Assembly: GCA_963728205.1 (NCBI GenBank)
Contig: CAVSIV010000003.1
Coordinates: 1-24,645 of the forward strand
DNA from: an uncultured Chloroflexia bacterium
Lineage (GTDB): Bacteria > Chloroflexota > Dehalococcoidia > UBA2979
Direction: 5' to 3'
DNA length: 24,645 bases
Positions within the stretch are counted from its first letter, which is position 1; each line of letters begins with the position of its first letter. Below are positions 16,709 through 24,645 of this stretch, piece after piece. The position numbers and the translations under genes were made by a program. The notes beneath the pieces are model-generated. The model made no database searches, was not told where the DNA came from, and was given only the letters and a program-made list of their open reading frames with translations.

Positions 16709-17572
16709 CAGCGGATCCGTCGTTTCCGCTGGCCGGCCATGCGCACGAGCGCCGCGACGAGGTCGTCCTCGGTGGAGAGGTCGAACGGGTCGACGCCGGC
16801 GCGGCGCAGGCTCGCATCGAGCTGCGCCTCGCGCGCGCCGGCCAGCTCCGCGAGCCGGGCGCGCAGCCGCGGGTCGCTCGCGTCGACGAGCAGCTGCTCG
16901 CCGGTCTCGGAGTCCTCGAGCACGATCAGACCGGCGTCGGGCAGCTCGACCTCCCGCGGATCCCACAGCCGGATCGCCACCACGTCATGCCGCCGGCTCA
17001 GCATCGGCATCAGCCGCTCCCAGCCGGGCTCGCTCATGAAGTCGGAGACGACGAAGACCAGCGAGCGTCGCTTGATCGTGTTCAGCGCGACCTGCAGCAG
17101 ACCCGCCAGGTCGGTCGGGCCGTCGCTCGCCGGCGCGGGGCGCATCAGGTCGCGCGCGAGGCGCAGCACCTGGATGCGCCCGCCGCGCGGCGGGATCGTG
17201 CGCTCCACCGCGTTGTTGTAGAGGATCGCGCCCACGCGGTTGCCGCGACGCGTGAGCAGCCGCGCCAGCGCGGTCACCACGTCGGTCAGCACCCGCGCCT
17301 TCGGGCGGTCCTCCGGGCCGAACGCCATCGACGGCGAGCGGTCGAGCAGCATCCACGCCGTGAGCTCGCGGTCCTCGCGGTACTCGCGTACGTACGGCGT
17401 GTCCATGCGCGCCGTCACGTTCCAGTCGATGTGCCGCGCGTCGTCCTCGGGCTGGTACTCGCGTATGTCGGCGAGATCGACGCCCGCACCGTAGAAGAGC
17501 GTGCGGTAGTCGCCCTGCAGCAGGCCGTCGAGCCGCCGCAGCACCTGCCAGTCGAGGCGGTGCAGGATCTGC

Positions 17573-18622
<1,050 letters not shown>

Positions 18623-18652
18623 GGCGCGCTCCTGCTCGCTGTCGTGGCTGGG

Positions 18653-19519
18653 TTAGCGGGGCGGCCCGGCGGCGCCGCCGCCGGCGGCGTTCAGCGGGAC
18701 CGCGAAGCCGATGCCGCTGAACGAGCCCTGGTCGCTCGGGTTGGCGAGGGCCGTGACGATGCCGATCACGCGCCCCTTCGCGTCCAGCAGCGGCCCCCCG
18801 GAGTTGCCCGGGTTGACCGCCGCGTCGAACTGGATGAGGCCGGTGAGGTTGGTGCCTCCGCCCGGGCGCGGCACCGTGCGGTCGAGCCCGGAGATCACGC
18901 CGGCGCTGAGCGACGCCGCGAGGCCCAGCGGGTTGCCGACGGCGAACGTCGCGTCCCCAATCTGCAGCCCGCCCGACCCGGCGAGCACTGCCGGCACGAT
19001 CACCGACGGGCCCGTGGCCGGGCGCAGCACGGCGAGGTCCTGCTCGGGCTGCTGGCTGACCACGGTGGCAGCCGACTCGGTGCCGTCGGCGAAGGTGACG
19101 GTGATGGCGCGGGCGCCGTCGACGACGTGGTTCGCCGTGAGGATCGATCCGTCGGCGTTCACGATCACGCCGCTGCCGACACCATGTCCGTCGGCGCGCT
19201 GCTCGTTGCCGGTGGTGCTGATGTAGACGAGCGACGGGAGGATCGTCTTGAACGCCTGCACCGACGCGGGCGGCGTGGCGGTGGTCGAGGCGATCGCGGA
19301 GGCGACGGCGGCGTTGATGTCGCCGGCGCGCGCGGGCGGGGCGGCGTCGAGGTGGAGGGTGGTGAAGAGGACGAGGCCCACGAGGGAGCCGAGCAGGCCC
19401 AGCGCAAGCGGGCCGAGCGAGCGCCAGCGGACCGGGGACGCGCGGCGCGTGCGTCGGCGTCGACCGCAGCGTCGGCGGGCGGCGAGCGGCGGGGCGTCAC
19501 CGGTGCACCGTCGCGGCAC
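18653..19519 (-). CDS. Membrane-anchored trypsin-like serine protease (S1C/HtrA-type, no PDZ domain); start uncertain
   Basis: One TM, then GSG, catalytic TANH, DLAVL, IQFDAAVNPGNSGGPL; ends right after the protease domain. Confidence 0.9.
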   Translation of the reverse strand: MPRRCTGDAPPLAARRRCGRRRRTRRASPVRWRSLGPLALGLLGSLVGLVLFTTLHLDAAPPARAGDINAAVASAIASTTATPPASVQAFKTILPSLVYISTTGNEQRADGHGVGSGVIVNADGSILTANHVVDGARAITVTFADGTESAATVVSQQPEQDLAVLRPATGPSVIVPAVLAGSGGLQIGDATFAVGNPLGLAASLSAGVISGLDRTVPRPGGGTNLTGLIQFDAAVNPGNSGGPLLDAKGRVIGIVTALANPSDQGSFSGIGFAVPLNAAGGGAAGPPR

Positions 19520-19682
19520 GCCGAGCGGACATGGCGGCCCGCCCGTCGGCGAGACGGGCGAGCCGGTCGCGGTGCCGGGGAGAGCACGGCAGCGATCGTG
19601 ACACGCGGAACTCCGGCTGTGGGCCGCACGACGTGACGGGCCACCATGATACGGGCGGCGTGTCAGGTTCCCATAAAGATGA

Positions 19683-19700
19683 GCCCGCCTTCGGGCGGGC
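19683..19700. terminator. Stable hairpin, probable terminator of the kinase gene
   Basis: GCCCGCC-TTCG-GGCGGGC; on the - strand it is followed by TCATCTTAT. Confidence 0.5.
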
Positions 19701-19787
19701 CCCCTAGCGGTCGAGTGGTGGAGTCGCGGTAGGCTCCCGCCGCTTCATCTCCTCCGACCGGCGCTCCGTCTCGGCGAGTTCCCGCCC

Positions 19788-20498
19788 TCAGTCTCGGACG
19801 ACGGGCACTCGAACGTGGACGCTCGTGCCGCTCGCGGGTGCCGAATCAATCGTCAGTCTGCCGCCGAGGCCAAGCACGCGCTCACGCAGATTCGCGAGAC
19901 CGAACGACCCGTCGGACGTGACCAGCTGGTCGAAACCGACACCATCGTCCTCGACGCACAGCTCGACGCCATCGCCAGTCGACGAGAGCACGAAGGACGC
20001 GTTGACCGCGCCGGCGTGTCGCCTCACGTTCGAGACCAGCTCCTTCGCGATGAGGAACAGCTCGCGAGACAGCGTGCCGGGCAGCGCTTCCATCGACCCG
20101 ATCTCCGCCCGCCAGCGCGGGAGACCGGCACGGGGCTCGAGCAGCGACCGCACGCGCGCTGGCAAGACGTTCTGTTCGCCATCCGCCTGCGGGTCGCGAA
20201 GATAGCCCATGTAAGCGCGCAGATCGCTGATCACGGCCTTCAGTTCCGCGATCGCGCGATCGAGCGCCTGTGCCTTGGAAATCCTCGGGTCGAAGCGGGC
20301 CGCCTGCAGGTCAAGCCCGACGGCATACACGGACTGGATGAGGTCGTCGTGGATGTCGCCGGCGATGCGCTGGCGTTCGCGGTCTCGTTCAATCCGGCCG
20401 AGCTCCTGTTGCGCCGACTTGACCATGTCAGAGACGTGCATCACGTCCGGTGATGCTCCGCGCACAGTCTGCAACATACGCGCCTCCCGGCTGGTCAT
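19788..20498 (-). CDS. Orphan cytoplasmic NarX/DosS-type histidine kinase (HisKA_3 + HATPase_c) without a recognisable sensor domain
   Basis: ERQRIAGDIHDDLIQ H-box, E..SNVRRHA N-box, DDGVGF, FGL.NLRER, GT.V. Confidence 0.88.
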   Translation of the reverse strand: MTSREARMLQTVRGASPDVMHVSDMVKSAQQELGRIERDRERQRIAGDIHDDLIQSVYAVGLDLQAARFDPRISKAQALDRAIAELKAVISDLRAYMGYLRDPQADGEQNVLPARVRSLLEPRAGLPRWRAEIGSMEALPGTLSRELFLIAKELVSNVRRHAGAVNASFVLSSTGDGVELCVEDDGVGFDQLVTSDGSFGLANLRERVLGLGGRLTIDSAPASGTSVHVRVPVVRD

Positions 20499-20561
20499 AC
20501 GACCGCCCGTATCGCGCCGGGTGCCTCAAGCAACCGGACGCCTGCGACGATGGCGGCTGAT

Positions 20562-20590
20562 CCGTCACGCCTCCGTTACGCCCCCGTCAC
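20562..20590. promoter_or_regulatory. Three direct repeats with 11-bp period, OmpR/PhoB-type box candidate
   Basis: CCGTCAC gcct CCGTTAC gccc CCGTCAC, 63 bp upstream of the kinase ATG. Confidence 0.45.
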
Positions 20591-20981
20591 CACCGAGGCG
20601 CCACACCGCGGCCCAGGAGCGTCCGTGCTCGTGATCGTGGCCGCCGGTCGCTCTCGTCACGACTGCCACGCGCGCGGGGTCGCGCCGCCGCCCAACACCG
20701 TCGGCGTGCCATCACCGAAGCAGGTCGGTGAAGACGTCGCGCATCGCGGCGGCCGGAGGAGCGCCACCATCGGTCGCTCGCGCCGGAGACGCGGACGTCG
20801 ACAGGGCGGCCGGGTTCCATCGGCCCGAGCGAGCGGAGCGCGTGCGTGATGGTGTTGCGGAAAGCGTCGTGGCCCGTCCACGCGTGATGCAGACCGGCGG
20901 GGCCAGCTCAGAACGCGAGCAGCAGGGCAGCGCGTCGCCAGCTCGTGGGCCGCTCACCGCAGCACGACCCCGCGCGGTCGA

Positions 20982-21932
20982 TCAGTCGAACCGCTCGCCC
21001 ACGTAGCGGTCGGCGCGGATGGCCGCGGTCGCGCCGTCTCCCGCGGCGGTGACGGCCTGCTTCGCGGCCTCCGCCCGCAGGTCGCCGGCGACGAAGAGGC
21101 CCGGCGGCCCCGCCTCCATCCAGCGGTTGACCCGGGCGTGGCCGCCGGCGTCCAGGTCGACGATGCCCCGCAGCAGCTGCGAGTTCGGGCTCTGCCCGAT
21201 GAACACGAAGACGCCGGCGACCTCCAGCGTGCGCTCTTCGTGCGTGCGCACGTCGCTCAGCCGAAGCGACTCGACGCGTTCGCGTCCCCGGATCTCCACG
21301 ACGACCGTGTTCCAGACGAATTCGATCCGCGGGTGCGCGAACGCTCGCTCCTGCAGCAGCCGCGAGGCCCGCAGCGCGTCGCGGCGGTGGATCACGATCA
21401 CGCGCGTGGCGAAGCGCGTCGTGAAGAGGGCCTCGTCGAGCGCGGAGTCGCCGCCACCCACCACGGCCACCGTCTCGCCCTTGAAGAACGCCGCGTCGCA
21501 GGTCGCGCAATACGAGACGCCATGGCCGGTGAGCTCGCGCTCGCCCGGCACGCCGAGCCGGTTCGGCTCCGCGCCGGCGCTCACGATCACCGCGCGGGCC
21601 CGCTCGCGGCTGCCGTCCGCGGTCGAAAGCAGCCATCCGTCGCCGGACGGCTCGAGCCCAACCACGCGGTCGTAGCGCGTCTCCACGCCGAACGCCTCCG
21701 CCTGCCGGCGCATCGCATCGCCGAGCGTGAACCCGTCGACGCCCTCGGGGAAGCCGGGGTAGTTCTCGACGCTCGCGGCGGTCGCGATCTGCCCGCCGAT
21801 CACGCCGCCCTCCCACAGCACGGTGCGGCGGCGCGCCCGGCCCGCGTACACCGCCGCCGCCAGGCCGGCCGGCCCGGCGCCGACGATCGCGATGTCGAGC
21901 GTCTCGACGGTCTCGTCCCGCTCAGCACTCAT
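20982..21932 (-). CDS. trxB: Thioredoxin-disulfide reductase
   Basis: GAGPAG, GGQ...VENYPG, redox GVSYCATCD, GGGDSALDEA, HRRD, AGD, A.GDG. Confidence 0.93.
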   Translation of the reverse strand: MSAERDETVETLDIAIVGAGPAGLAAAVYAGRARRRTVLWEGGVIGGQIATAASVENYPGFPEGVDGFTLGDAMRRQAEAFGVETRYDRVVGLEPSGDGWLLSTADGSRERARAVIVSAGAEPNRLGVPGERELTGHGVSYCATCDAAFFKGETVAVVGGGDSALDEALFTTRFATRVIVIHRRDALRASRLLQERAFAHPRIEFVWNTVVVEIRGRERVESLRLSDVRTHEERTLEVAGVFVFIGQSPNSQLLRGIVDLDAGGHARVNRWMEAGPPGLFVAGDLRAEAAKQAVTAAGDGATAAIRADRYVGERFD

Positions 21933-22045
21933 CGGCACACCCACCCCTGTCCGCCCCGGCAACCGTCGCTCCGTCCGGTTCCCCGCTCTCGGCCACGGCC
22001 GCGACGCGGCCGCCGGGTGTCGCCATCCGGCGGGAACCGCGAGCG

Positions 22046-23401
22046 TCATGCGATCCAGACGGTCTTCACGTTCACGAACTCGAGCATCCCGTACCGGGAC
22101 AGCTCCCGGCCGTAGCCCGACTGCTTGACGCCCCCGAACGGGAGGCGAGGGTCGCTCTTGACGATGCCGTTCACCGCGACGTGCCCGGCCTCGATGCGCG
22201 GGGCGAGCTCCTTCGCGCGGTCGGGCGCGGTCCACAGGCTCGCGCCGAGGCCATAACGCGAGGCGTTGGCGAGCGCGACGGCCTCGTCCGCTCCGTCGAC
22301 GCGGGCGACCGCGGCCACCGGCCCGAACGTCTCTTCGTCGAACGCCGCCATCCCCGGGCGGCAGTCGGCGAGGAGCGTCGGCGCGTAGAACCAGCCCGGC
22401 CGGTCGAGCGGATGCCCGCCGGTGACGAGCCGCGCTCCCGCGCCGATCGAACGCTCGACCTGGTCGTGGAGAGTCGCGCGGAGGTCCTCGCGGGCGAGTG
22501 GTCCAATCTCGCAGCCGGGCTCCAGGGGGTCGCCCACCGCGCGCGCCGCCATCCGCGCGCCCATCGCCTCGACGAACCGGTCGTACAGCGGCGCGACGAC
22601 GATGAAGCGCTTCGCGGCGATGCAGCTCTGGCCGGCGTTCATCGTGCGCGCGCTCACCGCGGCCGCCACGGCGCCGTCGAGGTCCGCGTCCTCGAGCACG
22701 ATGAACGGGTCGGACCCGCCCAGCTCGAGCACCGTGGTCTTCACCTCCGAGCCGGCGATCGCCGCGACGGCGGCGCCGGCGCGGCCGGAGCCGGTGAGGG
22801 TGACCGCCGCGATGCGCGGGTCGCGGATCACCGGCTCCGCGCGCTCCGCGGAGATCAGGAGCGACGTGAACACGCCTTCGGGCATGCCGGCGCGAGCGAA
22901 CACCTCCTCGATGCCTAGCGCGCAGCCCGGGACGTTCGGCGCGTGTTTGAGCACGCCGACGTTGCCGGCCATCAGCGCGGGCGCGGCGAACCGGAAGACC
23001 TGCCAGAAGGGGAAGTTCCACGGCATGATCGCGAGGACGGGCCCGATCGGGTCGAAGCGGACGAAGCTCTCACCGGCATCGGTCGCGACCGGCTCGGGTG
23101 CGAGGAACGCGGCGGCCTGGTCGGCCATGTACTCGCAGGTCCAGGCGCACTTCTCGACCTCGCTTCGCGCCTCGGCCAGGGGCTTGCCCATCTCCTCGGT
23201 CATCAGCCGCGCGTGCGCCTCGGCGTCCTCGCGGAGCACGCCCGCCGCCGCGCGCATCAGCTCGGCACGGCGCTCGAGGGGGGTCGTGCGCCAGCTCACA
23301 TATGCCTCGGCCGCGCGCTGCAACCGCGCCTCCACCTCCGCCGGGGCGTGCTCGTCATAGGTACGGACCACCGCTCCGGTCGCCGGGTTGATGACCTGCA
23401 T
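22046..23401 (-). CDS. NAD(P)-dependent succinate-semialdehyde dehydrogenase-like aldehyde dehydrogenase (Sad/GabD1 type)
   Basis: SD GGAGGAGG; IMPWNFPFWQVFRF, LKHA, TGS, LELGGSDP, catalytic NAGQSCIAAKR, EETFGP, PFGGVKQSGYGREL. Confidence 0.92.
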   Translation of the reverse strand: MQVINPATGAVVRTYDEHAPAEVEARLQRAAEAYVSWRTTPLERRAELMRAAAGVLREDAEAHARLMTEEMGKPLAEARSEVEKCAWTCEYMADQAAAFLAPEPVATDAGESFVRFDPIGPVLAIMPWNFPFWQVFRFAAPALMAGNVGVLKHAPNVPGCALGIEEVFARAGMPEGVFTSLLISAERAEPVIRDPRIAAVTLTGSGRAGAAVAAIAGSEVKTTVLELGGSDPFIVLEDADLDGAVAAAVSARTMNAGQSCIAAKRFIVVAPLYDRFVEAMGARMAARAVGDPLEPGCEIGPLAREDLRATLHDQVERSIGAGARLVTGGHPLDRPGWFYAPTLLADCRPGMAAFDEETFGPVAAVARVDGADEAVALANASRYGLGASLWTAPDRAKELAPRIEAGHVAVNGIVKSDPRLPFGGVKQSGYGRELSRYGMLEFVNVKTVWIA

Positions 23402-23578
23402 GCCGCACCTCCTCCGTGTCTCGGCGCGTGTCCGCCAATCGTGCTCGCCCGTTCAACCCACCGTCTCAGGCTAGAATCCGGGCCGAGCACCACCGATGTG
23501 GGCGAACGTCCCGCGGCAGCCGCCGTCTGCGGGGCCGGGCGCAGGACGTTCGGCATTCCAGTCGTGAACCTCTGTTCG

Positions 23579-23655
23579 CAGCGGCGGCAGACATGCCGCT
23601 GACAGACCGCGCCCTCACGGCCACTCTGGCGTCTGCGGCATATCTGCCGCCGCTG
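23579..23655. repeat. REP-doublet/MITE-like inverted repeat, copy 2
   Basis: CAGCGGCGGCAGACATGCCGCTGAC (23579-23603) and GTCTGCGGCATATCTGCCGCCGCTG (23631-23655), 2 mismatches, 27-bp spacer; arms match copy 1. Confidence 0.85.
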
Positions 23656-23701
23656 GACGTGGGACGACGGTCCAACGCGGCCGCCGGCCGGCTGGCGCAG
23701 A

Positions 23702-24645
23702 TCAGAGCGCCGGTGGGAACTCGGTGCGGACGGGCACGGCCACCAGCGTCGGGCCGGGGATCGCCAGCGCGCGGCGCAACGCGGGCAGCAGGTCCTCCGC
23801 GCGCTCGACGCCGAAGCCCGGGATGCCGAACGCGGCGGCGAGCGCGACGAAGTCGGGGTTCCCGAAGTCCACGCCGAACGTGCGCCCGAAGCGCCGCCGC
23901 TGGTTGAGGTCGATCACGCCCAGCCGCTCGTCGACGAGCACCACCGCGACCAGCGCGGTCCCCAGGCGCTTCGCCGTCTCCAGCTCCTGGACGTTCATCA
24001 TGAAGCCGCCGTCGCCGGAGACCGCGACCACGCGCGGCGCGGCGCCCTCACCGAGCGCCAGGCGCGCGCCGATCGCGCCCGGGAGCGCGATCCCCATCGA
24101 CGCCAGCCCGTTCGCGATCACGACCGTGTTCGGGCGCGCCGCGGGGAATCGCGTCGCGATCCAGAGCTTGTGCACGCCGACGTCGCTGATCAGGACGTCG
24201 GCCTCGCCCATCGCCGCGCGCAGGTCGTGCACGACGCGGGCGGGGTGGAGCGGGAAGGCGTCGTTGACGGCCGCCTCCGCGGCCTCGACCGCGTACGGCT
24301 CGCGGTACGCCTGCGCGTCGGTGCTCGCGCGCCAGCCGTCGAGCGCCGAGGCCAGCGCATCGAGGCTGTCGCGGATCTCGCCGACCAGCTCGACCGCCGG
24401 CAGGTAGTCGCGGTCGACCGGTGCGGCCCGGCTGTCGACGTGGACGATGCGGGCATGGCCGTCGCCGTTCCAGTACGCGGGCGACCACTCGATGAGGTCG
24501 TAGCCGACGGCCAGCACGACGTCGGCGTTCGCCAGCGGGCCGCCCACGTCCGCGCGGCGCAGGCCCTGCGGCGGCAGGCTCAGCGCATCGGCGTCGTCGA
24601 TCACCCCCTTCCCCATGAACGTCGGCACCACCGGGATGCGCAGCT
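23702..24645 (-). CDS. Thiamine pyrophosphate enzyme, acetolactate synthase-like (2-oxoglutarate decarboxylase-like clade); 5' end outside the window
   Basis: TFMGKG, VGYDLIE..P..WN, ISDVG.HK.WIA, NGLASMGIALPGAI, TPP motif GDGGFMMNVQELET, NPDF. Confidence 0.88.
   Translation of the reverse strand, partial: LRIPVVPTFMGKGVIDDADALSLPPQGLRRADVGGPLANADVVLAVGYDLIEWSPAYWNGDGHARIVHVDSRAAPVDRDYLPAVELVGEIRDSLDALASALDGWRASTDAQAYREPYAVEAAEAAVNDAFPLHPARVVHDLRAAMGEADVLISDVGVHKLWIATRFPAARPNTVVIANGLASMGIALPGAIGARLALGEGAAPRVVAVSGDGGFMMNVQELETAKRLGTALVAVVLVDERLGVIDLNQRRRFGRTFGVDFGNPDFVALAAAFGIPGFGVERAEDLLPALRRALAIPGPTLVAVPVRTEFPPAL

Noticed and set aside
19661-19680. OmpR/MprA-like or ECF promoter element upstream of the protease (TGTCAG-N5-CATAAG; GGAACC on the - strand)
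   Set aside because: The half-sites are too degenerate and the spacing to a -10 element is not convincing.
20500-20981. Protein-coding gene in the gap between the kinase and trxB (several 74-99 aa ORFs)
   Set aside because: No candidate has a convincing SD, codon bias or motif; left as intergenic.
21933-23021. 679-aa extended thioredoxin reductase fusion (ORF track 20982..23021)
   Set aside because: The extension overlaps the aldehyde dehydrogenase in another frame; TrxB homology starts at ATG 21932.
23472-23477. TAGAAT -10-like hexamer on the + strand (antisense promoter)
   Set aside because: No matching -35 or extended TG and no downstream + strand gene; unsupported without TSS data.

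Overview
Very GC-rich bacterial chromosomal segment. The gene content suggests a Chloroflexota (Dehalococcoidia/Tepidiformia-like) origin, but this is inference only. From left to right: (1) a + strand cluster of exported proteins: a GSDH/PQQ-dependent sugar dehydrogenase-type beta-propeller, an M15B D,D-carboxypeptidase and an SH3+M23 peptidase split by a -1 frameshift; the first and third share an unannotated ~75-aa two-cysteine domain. (2) A membrane protein and a universal stress protein preceded by DosR/NarL-like boxes, then an SDR. (3) An RNA-chaperone neighbourhood: an RRM protein flanked by two Zn-ribbon microproteins (one absent from the ORF track) and a DEAD-box helicase reading DEAN. 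The RRM and helicase genes share a promoter and 5'UTR motif, and an 8-copy 18/19-bp tandem repeat follows the helicase. (4) A YHYH lipoprotein, then a long - strand run, listed in transcription order: TPP enzyme (OgdA/ALS-like, partial), SSADH-like aldehyde dehydrogenase, thioredoxin reductase, an orphan sensorless HisKA_3 kinase, a trypsin-like protease-MoxR-DUF58-VWA-VWA operon, a PhoD-like phosphatase and an SDR. Two copies of a REP-doublet-like inverted repeat lie in intergenic regions. No rRNA, tRNA, CRISPR array or transposase was seen. All calls come from reading motifs by eye; no database searches were run.
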